Shown: positions 8,266-17,846 of the stretch, piece by piece
How the letters are laid out: every line of letters begins with the position of its first letter
How positions within the stretch are numbered: position 1 is the first letter of the stretch
Source: Promethearchaeum syntrophicum
GTDB taxonomy: Archaea; Asgardarchaeota; Lokiarchaeia; Sigyniarchaeales; Promethearchaeaceae
Reading direction: 5' to 3'
NCBI RefSeq assembly: GCF_008000775.2
Contig: NZ_CP042905.2
Span: forward strand, 3,390,001 to 3,422,000
DNA length: 32,000 nucleotides
The notes under the pieces: generated by a model
What the model was told of the DNA's origin: nothing
The model's database searches: none
What the model saw: only the letters and a program-made list of their open reading frames with translations
Program-made: the position numbers and the translations under genes

Positions 8266-11244
8266 ATGAAAAGCAAATTATTTTTCAAGTTTATGAGGAA
8301 AAAAAAAGAAATTTGGGTAATTACTGGATTGTTAATAATATCAATCACATTTTTGATGGGTGTCTTATATTCCACAAATGCATTTCGATCACATTCAATG
8401 ATGAATACTATTAATCAATATCCTACAGATTTCTATATCGAAAGTAATAATTGGAACAGTTCTGATGAATTTCTAACCTCATATTTTTCTAATTATGAGG
8501 GACCCTTGGAAATTAATCAAACGTATCCTACAGAAGATATTAATTTAGATAATGTAAAGATTGAAGGAGATAATATATCAGATACTGGTGTATTAATAAA
8601 CCAATTAAATCGATCATATAATTTGGTGCATTTGGTAGGAATTGATGAGAGTGCATATAATTTGCTTAATAGTAAAGATATGCAATCCAAATTTTTCTTT
8701 TCTGAACCAATTAATTTTTCATCTACAGGGATTTATTTCTCTAATCTGTTACGGGAATCTCAGGTAATCTTAACAGATATGAGACTTAATATTTTTACTG
8801 AAGCAAATACAAGTGAAGATGGAGATATTTATCCTCTAAATTTAAATTTTACAAATATTAATACAAGTGTAGATAATAGTGTTTCAGTAGATGGATATTT
8901 TAATGTTTATGATATTGAGTTCTTTTATAGAGTTTTAGGAATATCTTCCGGTGGTTTTGATACATATCCAATACTTTTAGGAAATCTGGACACAATTAAT
9001 GTGTTATTTCCCAATTCAACGGATAATATTATCCATGTTTCGAGTGATCAAATTACAAATATTGTATTTAATAAAACAAAATTAAGCGAATATTCTCCAA
9101 CTAAAATAGTTCAAGAATTAAATACTTTAGATCTTGCTCTGGACAATTATAAAGAGGATTATTCTGTTAGAGGAAGAGGAACTTGGGTAAATGAAATTAG
9201 TCATCTCTTGACATACAATCTAGCATTTGAATTAATTTCTATTATTCTTTTCATTCCAATTATTATTATTTGTTATAGCTATTTTAAAATTTCATATTAT
9301 TTTATGATATCGAAACGAAAACGAGAGATTGGAATGTGCTTGGTCAATGGAATGAATAGAAAACAAATTAAAATTCAGTATTATTGGAGTGCAATTATTT
9401 CAGGATTAATAGGAGGGATAATTGGAAATATTGGTGGTTTGATTCTATCAAAAAAAATTGGTGAGTTTCTTTTTCCAAATATTCTTCTGTCTTTTACTAA
9501 AGATATAATATTGAATTTTATTCTAAATTCAATTGTAGCAAGTATTATTGCAGCTTTAATTTCATTGATTGCAGTCAGAAAACCATTAAAGCAAATTGTG
9601 AATCAGAAACTTGAAAACGTGTTAGAAACTAAAAAAAATGAACTCGAAAAACCAAAAGAAATTAAACAATTAGAATGGATATTGTTTGGAGGTTGTATTT
9701 ATGCTTTTTTCTTCTCAATAATTCAGTCACTTTTCTTTGAATCATTCGATTTTAAAAATTTAACTAAAAATCCTCCTTTGATGTTCATCGCTCTTATAAT
9801 AGCGATTCCTTTCTTACCCATTTTCATGTATGTTTTTCCTTCTATACTTCTAAAAATCTTGTTGAATAAATTTAAAGGGATTTCAAGGAAAATTGCTGAA
9901 TTGAAGATATTGAAGAAAAATCAATTTAAAATGAAATTAATGTTTTGGAATTGGAATCAGAAAAGTGATCGAAATAAGAAATTAATAAAAGTTTCTTCAT
10001 TTTCTGTGATTTTCATTTTTATGACTTCAATTTTAACAGCATCCTACAATTATTCCAATATAGTCTATGAATCATCGCGAACAGCCAATGCAAATAGGGT
10101 AGATTTGGAATTTTGGGAAAATATTAATATAACATCAATTAACAATTTCAATTCTGATTTATCAAAAAATTCATCTGAATTCCACCTCAAATCATTTAAT
10201 ACATTTTCATTTACAACAACAAATAATGAACGGCGTTATGATGAAGACGATACAGGATTTATGAATGATGTTAAAATCCTTAATTGTAATAAAGATGATC
10301 TTGGGGATTATCAATTTGTGTGTTTCAATATATCCAATCTTCAAAATAATGCAGTATTCAGAGATGAATGGTTTATTGGCGGTAGTTATGTTGAAATTCT
10401 AAACAAGCTTCAACAACCAAATGCAATTTTAGTCCCAATATATATGTTAGACAAAAACTTCTCAATTAATGATCAAGTAAACTTATACTTCACAAATGAG
10501 AAAGATGAAAAAGTATATCGAAACGTTACAATTATTGGTGCGTATAATAAATTTCCTGTATGTACAGATAGAGTCTACTATGATGATGGTAGTGGGTATA
10601 TATCTATAAATACAGAAATTATTGTTAATCCTCAAGTATTGGAGAACGCAACTCTTAAAAAAGCAACTTATCTTTTTTATGGGGATGGGGATTTGAATGC
10701 TACCCATATATATCAATTAAAAAATCTCTTCTATCGAAATTTTCCACTTGATTTTTCAATTTCAAGTTATTTTTCAAGTTCTGATGACCTTGAAACTGAA
10801 TATGATGCTATACAATTTAAATTTATTAAACTTGAAAGTGTTTTATTTGTTCTTTACATGGTAATAGGCGTTTTCTTTCATTCGACATTATCAAATATGA
10901 AATCATCTTATGAAATTGGACTACTGAAATCTCGTGGTGTGAGTAAAAAAGATCTACTTAAATTAAGCTTAAGCGAAATTCATTTAATATTGGTAATTGG
11001 ATTTATTTTTTCTTCAATTTCTCTAATTGGAATACGACTTTTAATGACGTTTTTAAATCTAATACGATCTACAGATATTGGAAGCCTTGTTTTTATCTAT
11101 TACCAACAACCGAAGATCATCGACTTAATTGGAATTATTGTCGGAACAATCTTATTTTATATAACATATTTCAGTTTGAATTATCTTCAAATTATAAAAT
11201 CAAGTGCTAATAGAGATTTAGAAAAAATATTGCGAATTAATTGA
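8266..11244 (+). CDS. FtsX/MacB-like ABC transporter permease (992 aa)
   Basis: N-terminal TM, extracytoplasmic domain, 3-TM block, second extracytoplasmic domain and C-terminal TM block; followed by its ATPase. Confidence 0.85.
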   Translation: MKSKLFFKFMRKKKEIWVITGLLIISITFLMGVLYSTNAFRSHSMMNTINQYPTDFYIESNNWNSSDEFLTSYFSNYEGPLEINQTYPTEDINLDNVKIEGDNISDTGVLINQLNRSYNLVHLVGIDESAYNLLNSKDMQSKFFFSEPINFSSTGIYFSNLLRESQVILTDMRLNIFTEANTSEDGDIYPLNLNFTNINTSVDNSVSVDGYFNVYDIEFFYRVLGISSGGFDTYPILLGNLDTINVLFPNSTDNIIHVSSDQITNIVFNKTKLSEYSPTKIVQELNTLDLALDNYKEDYSVRGRGTWVNEISHLLTYNLAFELISIILFIPIIIICYSYFKISYYFMISKRKREIGMCLVNGMNRKQIKIQYYWSAIISGLIGGIIGNIGGLILSKKIGEFLFPNILLSFTKDIILNFILNSIVASIIAALISLIAVRKPLKQIVNQKLENVLETKKNELEKPKEIKQLEWILFGGCIYAFFFSIIQSLFFESFDFKNLTKNPPLMFIALIIAIPFLPIFMYVFPSILLKILLNKFKGISRKIAELKILKKNQFKMKLMFWNWNQKSDRNKKLIKVSSFSVIFIFMTSILTASYNYSNIVYESSRTANANRVDLEFWENINITSINNFNSDLSKNSSEFHLKSFNTFSFTTTNNERRYDEDDTGFMNDVKILNCNKDDLGDYQFVCFNISNLQNNAVFRDEWFIGGSYVEILNKLQQPNAILVPIYMLDKNFSINDQVNLYFTNEKDEKVYRNVTIIGAYNKFPVCTDRVYYDDGSGYISINTEIIVNPQVLENATLKKATYLFYGDGDLNATHIYQLKNLFYRNFPLDFSISSYFSSSDDLETEYDAIQFKFIKLESVLFVLYMVIGVFFHSTLSNMKSSYEIGLLKSRGVSKKDLLKLSLSEIHLILVIGFIFSSISLIGIRLLMTFLNLIRSTDIGSLVFIYYQQPKIIDLIGIIVGTILFYITYFSLNYLQIIKSSANRDLEKILRIN

Positions 11245-11285
11245 AAGTTTTGAACATTCAAGTTAAATTTATTAGGTGAAAAAAA

Positions 11286-12206
11286 ATGACGGAAATAAAA
11301 ACAATGAAACCAAAATCAAATACAATAATATCAATAAGAACTGAAAATGTAATAAAAATTTATAAACGGAAAGGAGTAGAAACATCAGCTTTACGGGGTC
11401 TTAGTTGTGAGATGAATAAGGGTGAAATCACAATTATCATGGGACCAAGTGGATGTGGAAAAACAACCTTAATGAATATACTTTCGGGAATAAGTCTCCC
11501 TAATGCGGGTTCAGTTATTGTTCAAGGTCAAGATATTACTCAGTATTCTGAAACTCAATTAGAACAATTCCGAAGAGACAAAATCAGCTATATTTTCCAA
11601 AAACTGAATCTCATACCGACATTAAATGTTATGGATAACATAACTTTTGCCTTGGAATATACAAATAAAATGAATGAGGCTCAACAAAGCCGAATTAACA
11701 ATATTATTGAACTCATTGGACTTGAAGATCATACTAAAAAATTTCCTGATGAATTAAGTGGCGGAGAACAACAAAGAGTAGCCTTAGCAGCAGCTTTAGC
11801 AAAGAATTCAGATATCATATTGTGTGATGAACCAACCGGGGAATTAGATAGTAAAGCTAAAATGAAAGTAATGGAATTGCTATCAATTATTAAGAAAAAC
11901 TATCCTGAGAAAACCATTGTTATTGTATCTCATGATACCGATATGAATTTAATTGCAGACCGCTTACTGTATATACGTGATGGAAAAATCTCATATGAGA
12001 TGTCTACTGAAAAATTACAAAGAATTAAAACTCAAGGTGAAATTCCCATAGAAGTTCATGCAGAAAAATCATTACATAATTCCAATGATGAAGATTTACT
12101 TACGGAATTACGAGAATTGAATAAGATTATTTCAGACAAATTAGAGCATTATGAAAGTAGAAATATTCAGAAACATAAATTAAAAGAAAAAATGGATAAT
12201 ATTTAG
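11286..12206 (+). CDS. ABC transporter ATP-binding protein (LolD/MacB-type) with C-terminal coiled-coil tail
   Basis: GPSGCGKTT, LSGGEQQR, IILCDEPTGELDS, VSHD. C-terminal charged helix. Confidence 0.93.
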   Translation: MTEIKTMKPKSNTIISIRTENVIKIYKRKGVETSALRGLSCEMNKGEITIIMGPSGCGKTTLMNILSGISLPNAGSVIVQGQDITQYSETQLEQFRRDKISYIFQKLNLIPTLNVMDNITFALEYTNKMNEAQQSRINNIIELIGLEDHTKKFPDELSGGEQQRVALAAALAKNSDIILCDEPTGELDSKAKMKVMELLSIIKKNYPEKTIVIVSHDTDMNLIADRLLYIRDGKISYEMSTEKLQRIKTQGEIPIEVHAEKSLHNSNDEDLLTELRELNKIISDKLEHYESRNIQKHKLKEKMDNI

Positions 12207-12302
12207 GAGATTCCGAAATAAAAACCGATTATTATTATTAAAAGTAGTATCCATCATTTCAATTTCACTCATTTTTATTTTTCCTTTACTTATTGAATTA
12301 TA

Positions 12303-13214
12303 ATGCTTTTTGATAACGATAAAATTAGAATAGGACCAACTGGAGTGAAAAAAGATTTATTTTTCATGAAAGGGCGTGCTAATACACTCAGAAGGGGGAA
12401 AAGATTCGAAATTCCCGAATATTTATCAAGTATGGGATTGAATGCCTATGAATTTTCTGCGGGAAGAATGGCAAAATTTTCCGATAGCCCAATTTATGAA
12501 AAATTTCGAGTTAATTCGAAGAAATTTAATGTTGCTATTTCAATCCATGCCCCATATTATATCTCGTTGACAAGTGAAACTCCTGAAACATATGAGAAAT
12601 CAATCGAACGATTAGCAAGAACATATGCTTGGGCTGTTTGGTTAAATGCTAAAAGAATTGTGGTTCATCCAGGGACCTATGGAAAATCTAAAATGAAAAG
12701 GAATTTAACCCAGATGATAATTGATGGAATCAATTCAAGCATTACCCTTTCAAAGAATCTCTATCCAAACATAAAAGAAAAATTCAAAGAAATTTGTTTA
12801 TGTCCTGAAACGATGGGAAAATTGGGTCAAATTGGATCAGCAGATGAAATAATCGAGATTTGTAATGAAGTCGGTACGAATAAGACTCGTCCTTGTATCG
12901 ATTTTGGTCATCTTTATACTCGTAATATTGGAAAAATAATTGGAAAAAACCTCTATATGCCTGTATTTGAAAAAATTGAACAAAATTTAGGAAAAAATAT
13001 TGTAGAAAATCTCCATATTCACTATTCTAAAATTGAATATACCGGAAAAGGGGAAAAAATGCACCATTCAAACGATAGTAGTTGGGGACCAAACATTGAA
13101 CCCTTATTCAAAATAATTAAAGAACAAGGATATAAGCCGATAATAATTAATGAAAGCCCAGAATTAGAAACAGATGCGACAAAATTGATGGATATATGGA
13201 AAAAAATGAGTTAA
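12303..13214 (+). CDS. nfo: Endonuclease IV-type AP endonuclease / xylose-isomerase-like TIM barrel
   Basis: SIHAPYYISL, RIVVHPGTYGKSK, CPETMGKLGQIGSADEIIEIC, CIDFGHLYTR, HIHYSKIEYTGKGEKMHH and NESPELETDA metal-site motifs. Confidence 0.88.
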   Translation: MLFDNDKIRIGPTGVKKDLFFMKGRANTLRRGKRFEIPEYLSSMGLNAYEFSAGRMAKFSDSPIYEKFRVNSKKFNVAISIHAPYYISLTSETPETYEKSIERLARTYAWAVWLNAKRIVVHPGTYGKSKMKRNLTQMIIDGINSSITLSKNLYPNIKEKFKEICLCPETMGKLGQIGSADEIIEICNEVGTNKTRPCIDFGHLYTRNIGKIIGKNLYMPVFEKIEQNLGKNIVENLHIHYSKIEYTGKGEKMHHSNDSSWGPNIEPLFKIIKEQGYKPIIINESPELETDATKLMDIWKKMS

Positions 13215-13276
13215 ATTAATTTTCCAGATGAAAAAATTTTTTAATTTATCTAAATTTTATAAATTGGTGCATTTAA

Positions 13277-13819
13277 ATTCCATTTTGTTCTAACTGCGGT
13301 CTATTCTCAATTCAATTGAATTCAAGGAATCATTGTCAAGCTTGTTCTGATGCTCATTTTAATGGAAAAATTAAGGAAAAAAACATTACCGATGCAAATT
13401 TTAAAATTGAGAAGAAATTACGTACTACAATGTTACATTATATCGAGGATATTGAATTAAAACCTATCCCTATTGATCCAAACATTACAAGTTTAGGTCG
13501 TGGTCAAAGACAAATTTTATTTAATCAAAATCTTCAACCAGGATATATTAAATCTACAATGGCTTTAATAGCATCATTTTTAGGATTTCTTTTTTTACTG
13601 AGTCCTGTTTTAGGATTTTTTAGTTTAGCTTCTGAATTAGTTGCATTATCTCTGGCGCTAAGTTCACGGAGAACAGAACAACCAAATTGGCGTCGGAAAA
13701 TCGCTATTGCGGTTTCCTTAATTTACATGATTATCTTTATTATTACGATTATTTATTTATTTATGAATCCTGAAATGATTGAAGAACTTCTCCTTGAGAT
13801 TGAAAATCAAGGTGTTTAA
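13277..13819 (+). CDS. Zinc-ribbon protein with two C-terminal TM helices; probable ATT start at 13277 (ORF track uses TTG 13316)
   Basis: In-frame upstream extension reads (M)PFCSNCGLFSIQLNSRNHCQACSD, completing a CxxC...CxxC zinc ribbon. GGTG lies 7 nt before ATT. The C-terminal part has hydrophobic helices. Confidence 0.65.
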   Translation: MPFCSNCGLFSIQLNSRNHCQACSDAHFNGKIKEKNITDANFKIEKKLRTTMLHYIEDIELKPIPIDPNITSLGRGQRQILFNQNLQPGYIKSTMALIASFLGFLFLLSPVLGFFSLASELVALSLALSSRRTEQPNWRRKIAIAVSLIYMIIFIITIIYLFMNPEMIEELLLEIENQGV

Positions 13820-13843
13820 CATCAATCAATAAAGAGGAAATAA

Positions 13844-14788
13844 CTATTTAAAGTATGATTCCATATCTTCGGAGAGATCTAAAATTTTTTTAATTACATT
13901 GGAGAAATTATGTTCCTGATCTTCGGGTTTTTCAATTAAGATTTTCGCAAATTCTCTATATTCAGTACATAAATCGTCTCTTCCGATAAATTTCAATTTA
14001 GAAGAAAAAGAATAAAGATTTAGGTAAGCATCTTTAAAATCAGTTTCATAAATGAGTTTACCTTTTGAGTGTTGGATAGATCTATTAATAGCCTGTTTAG
14101 TTTGTTCTAAAAAATATTTCATTCGTTCTTTCGTACTTTGGAGTTCAACCTGGAATTTCTTTCTTCTTTGCTTATTTTTCTCAATATTTGGTTTTTCTTT
14201 TAATTTATGATCAATTTGGTCAATCGAATTTAAAATTTCAATTTTTTTTGGTAATGCAGCGGTTTCTTTTAGTCGATCTTCCAAAAATTTTCTCTCTTCA
14301 TCAAATTTTGTATACTTATCATAATGTGGATGCCTAACCTCATGAACGAATTTATTACCCTCTTGTCCAGTCAATCTCTTTTCTTTTATTTCTAATTTTT
14401 CTTTGAGAACTTTTCCTTTCTTTAGGATTTTTTTATTTTTTTCAATGATTTGCAGTATTTTAAAATCTAAAATTTCAAAAACAGACATATTTCCATCAAA
14501 ATCTTTGAATAAGCTTGCATTTTCATTTAGAATTTTTATAAATTCAGGTATAATCTTGCGGATATTTTTTTCATTATCACTATCGGAAATGGTAACCATT
14601 TCTACACCCAAAGATTTAATATCAGTTACAATTACAATCAAGTTACCCATTTCAATATTTTTTATACCCTTACTTGAATTTGCAATCATTTCTTTAATAT
14701 TGTGGTTTATTGCACTTAGAAATGAACTTAGCATTTCAGTTTGGAATGGTTCAATTTGATCCTCAAATGATTTCTCCCAAAATAACAA
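13844..14788 (-). CDS. Putative longin/roadblock-like N-terminal domain plus coiled coil; real N-terminus probably slightly upstream of 14788
   Basis: GLLFWEKSFEDQIEPFQTEMLSSFLSAI...LFKDFDGNMSVFE resembles longin-like domains of Asgard GTPase-associated proteins, followed by a Lys/Glu-rich helical region. Product name is inference. Confidence 0.6.
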   Translation of the reverse strand: MLFWEKSFEDQIEPFQTEMLSSFLSAINHNIKEMIANSSKGIKNIEMGNLIVIVTDIKSLGVEMVTISDSDNEKNIRKIIPEFIKILNENASLFKDFDGNMSVFEILDFKILQIIEKNKKILKKGKVLKEKLEIKEKRLTGQEGNKFVHEVRHPHYDKYTKFDEERKFLEDRLKETAALPKKIEILNSIDQIDHKLKEKPNIEKNKQRRKKFQVELQSTKERMKYFLEQTKQAINRSIQHSKGKLIYETDFKDAYLNLYSFSSKLKFIGRDDLCTEYREFAKILIEKPEDQEHNFSNVIKKILDLSEDMESYFK

Positions 14789-14965
14789 ACCAGTTTTCGA
14801 TTGATAAAGAAATATGGAATATAACGTCTAAAATCCCTCTTTTATTGAATTGTAATTTCCGAAAAAAAACTATATATACAGTATTGTGAACATAATTATT
14901 AAAATCTTTATGGTTTTGAAAATTAGGATCTAACTTATTCGAGAAAAACAATCAGATAGCAACAA

Positions 14966-15574
14966 TTATTCAGATTTCATTATTATTTTCTCATTTTCGG
15001 TTATAATCATATCCATTGGAACATCTAATTTATGTGATTTCAACTGAAAATCCATAACTGAAAAAGAAAGTGCAAAAGAAACTTTTAATGCATGGTTTAA
15101 CGATGGTTTACCTAATAAACTGTCATAATACCCTTTTCCATAGCCGTATCTCATACCTAAATGATCAAAAACTAATCCAGGGACAATTATTATATCTAAA
15201 CTTTCAAATAATTCTATTTTTTTCAAACTAGGTTTAGGTTCCATGATTTTAAATTGGCCCGGTTCTAAATCATTTATCGGATCAAAAATTTCGTAAATCT
15301 CCAATTGAATTTGATTGGGAACACATCTAGTTAAATAAAGATGCTTTCCATCATGCAAGATCTTCTCCATTAATCCAAGCGTATTAAATTCAGCATTTCT
15401 GGAAATTCCATAATATGCTAAGATGTGTTTTGATCTCTTATATCTTGGAGTTTTATAAAATTGGTTCAAAATTTTGTTGAATCGCAAAATTCGTTCCGAT
15501 TCAGAAAGTTCTTTTCTCTTTTTAAGAATAAATTTACGAAGAGCAATCGGATCTCTAGGAAATTCCAAGTCCAT
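14966..15574 (-). CDS. 5-formyltetrahydrofolate cyclo-ligase family protein
   Basis: DIIIVPGLVFDHLGMRYGYGKGYYDSLL signature, N-terminal KRKELSESERILRFNKI. Confidence 0.9.
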   Translation of the reverse strand: MDLEFPRDPIALRKFILKKRKELSESERILRFNKILNQFYKTPRYKRSKHILAYYGISRNAEFNTLGLMEKILHDGKHLYLTRCVPNQIQLEIYEIFDPINDLEPGQFKIMEPKPSLKKIELFESLDIIIVPGLVFDHLGMRYGYGKGYYDSLLGKPSLNHALKVSFALSFSVMDFQLKSHKLDVPMDMIITENEKIIMKSE

Positions 15575-15617
15575 AATTAATAATTATATTAATTAATAAT
15601 TTTCAACTTTCTTAATT

Positions 15618-17255
15618 ATGGATTTTCCAAAAATTAAACGTGCACTTGTTTCAGTTTATAATAAGTCAGGCTTAGTTGATTTTGTGAAACAATTAGTAAA
15701 TGATTTTGGGATCGAGATACTATCTACAGGGGGAACAGCAAGAATTTTACAAGAAGCAGGTATTCCCATAACTTTTGTCTCCGATTATACACAATCTCCG
15801 GAAATGTTCGATGGACGGGTAAAAACTCTACATCCTCGTATCCACGGTGGGCTTCTTATGCGCCGTGATAATCAAAATGATGTTGAGGATGCTAAAAAAA
15901 ACAATATCTTACCAATTGATATGGTTATTTGTAATTTATATCCTTTCAAAGATGCCATTACCAAAGAAGGAACCACATTAGAAGAAGCAATTGAAATGAT
16001 TGATATTGGTGGACCTACCCAAATTCGAGCAGCAGCTAAATCTTTTCCCTATGTAACGGTAATTCCGACCCCTAAATCTTATAAAAGTGTTATAAAGGAG
16101 ATGTACGAGAATGAGGGAAAAATTTCATTGAAAACAAGGATGAATTTAGCTCAGCATGTTTTCTCAATTATGTCTCTTTACGATGCTACAATAGCAAATT
16201 ATTTATCTGTGATCTATAAAGAAAAATATGGAACAAATGAAAATATTTCTAAAGAGTTACCAGATATAATCCATAAAACTTATGAAAAGGTTCAAACATG
16301 CAGATACGGTGAAAATTGGGAACAAAAAGCAGCATATTACAAAGATCCAAATTCTAACGCAGGATTGCAAAATTTGGAACAATTGCATGGAAAAGCGATT
16401 TCATTCAATAATTGGCTTGATATAGACTCATGCATTCAAGTTCTGCTTGATTTTCATATTGATCACGAAAAACATCATATTTGTGCAATTTTTAAACATA
16501 CTACACCAAATGGAATTGCAGTGGATTATAATTCCCAGCTTGAAGCATGCAAGCGTGCATTTTCTACAGATCCACTTTCAGCGTTTGGAGGAATTTGGGG
16601 ATTTAATCAAGTAATTAGTAAAGAAGTTGCGGATTATTTAGTTAATGAAAAAAATGTTTTTATTGAAGTTCTTCTGGCTCCAGATTTCGAGGATGAAGCC
16701 TTAAAGATTTTAGAAACCAAGAAAAATATGCGTATTGTTAGATTTGGAGATTTATTAAAGAAAAGAGCTATTTGTTATGAGCAACCTGAAATTCGAGGAG
16801 TTTTAGGGGGAGCTTTGGTTCAAGATTATGATTGGGGTCCTTTAATAAAATCTTGGGATCTAAAAACAAAACGTGACATTACAGTTCGCGAAAAAGAAGC
16901 ACTAATTTTTGCTTATCGAGTAAGTAAATGGACAAAATCGAATTCTGCAGCATTTGTTAAAGAATATGATACAGGAATTTACACACTTGGTATAGGAGCG
17001 GGTCAACAGAGCCGTGTACATGTTGTAAAACTCGCCGCTCAAAAAGCAAAGGAATTTAATCATGATTTAAAAGACAGTGTTATGGGAACAGATTCATTTT
17101 TCCCATTCCCAGATGGTTTAGTTGCAGCTGCAGAAGTTGGTGCAAAAGCTATTATAAATCCAGGGGGTTCTATTAGAGACGAAAAAGTAATATCTAAAGC
17201 TGATGAATTGGGAATCTCTTTGATTTTTTGTGGAAAAAGGGTTTTCCGACACTAA
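15618..17255 (+). CDS. purH: Bifunctional AICAR formyltransferase / IMP cyclohydrolase
   Basis: N-terminal SVYNKSGLVDFV...LSTGGTARILQEAG...FDGRVKTLHPRIHGG. C-terminal GIGAGQQSRV...DSFFPFPDGL...NPGGSIRDEKVI...RVFRH. Confidence 0.96.
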   Translation: MDFPKIKRALVSVYNKSGLVDFVKQLVNDFGIEILSTGGTARILQEAGIPITFVSDYTQSPEMFDGRVKTLHPRIHGGLLMRRDNQNDVEDAKKNNILPIDMVICNLYPFKDAITKEGTTLEEAIEMIDIGGPTQIRAAAKSFPYVTVIPTPKSYKSVIKEMYENEGKISLKTRMNLAQHVFSIMSLYDATIANYLSVIYKEKYGTNENISKELPDIIHKTYEKVQTCRYGENWEQKAAYYKDPNSNAGLQNLEQLHGKAISFNNWLDIDSCIQVLLDFHIDHEKHHICAIFKHTTPNGIAVDYNSQLEACKRAFSTDPLSAFGGIWGFNQVISKEVADYLVNEKNVFIEVLLAPDFEDEALKILETKKNMRIVRFGDLLKKRAICYEQPEIRGVLGGALVQDYDWGPLIKSWDLKTKRDITVREKEALIFAYRVSKWTKSNSAAFVKEYDTGIYTLGIGAGQQSRVHVVKLAAQKAKEFNHDLKDSVMGTDSFFPFPDGLVAAAEVGAKAIINPGGSIRDEKVISKADELGISLIFCGKRVFRH

Positions 17256-17341
17256 TTTTTTTTAGATATTTTTTAATTGAAAATAAAAACGATAAAATAG
17301 AAAAAATAAAAAAGGCAGCTCAGTTTCTTAAAATCAGAGAA

Positions 17342-17626
17342 TTAATCAATCAATTTCTCTATTTCGTTAATCTTCTTCAAAACTTTTAATCCTTTTTCAG
17401 TTAAATATATGACTTTTTCATTCGCATCATTGAGTTTGAATTTGATCAAACCTGTGTCAAGTAATGACTTTTTAACTCTTAAATATGCATTATAATAAGA
17501 GTCTGATGCTTCAAACTTCTCAAAAAACCTAGCTTGAACTGCTTCCTTATTATCAAAGCTGTTCAACACGGTTAAGGTTTCGCTGAAACCTCTTTTTTTC
17601 ATTAGTGTATAGAATTTGTTTCCCAT
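17342..17626 (-). CDS. Small winged-helix domain protein (MarR/PadR-like transcriptional regulator)
   Basis: 94 aa. YYNAYLRVKKSLLDTGLIKFKLNDANEKVIYLTEKGLKVLKKI matches a winged-helix recognition helix plus wing. Confidence 0.65.
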   Translation of the reverse strand: MGNKFYTLMKKRGFSETLTVLNSFDNKEAVQARFFEKFEASDSYYNAYLRVKKSLLDTGLIKFKLNDANEKVIYLTEKGLKVLKKINEIEKLID

Positions 17627-17846
17627 GCAATATTACCTCAAAAATGTTAAGTTCAATATAAATTAGGTTTGTACTCTTATATTATTTTTTACATTTTTGT
17701 TAATTTTTACTGAATATCACATAATTGAGGGAATATAAGCGTTTTTATATATTCCACTTTTAAAATATAAGTTGGTTACTCTTCATAAGCGATAAAATCC
17801 GATAAATTGAGAAAGAAAAACCAAAAAAAAAACGTAGAAAAAAAAA

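Noticed and set aside
14763-14951. 62-aa minus ORF overlapping the start of the coiled-coil gene
   Set aside because: Different frame from the supported gene and low-complexity hydrophobic/aromatic composition. Possibly informative only for a start or frameshift question.
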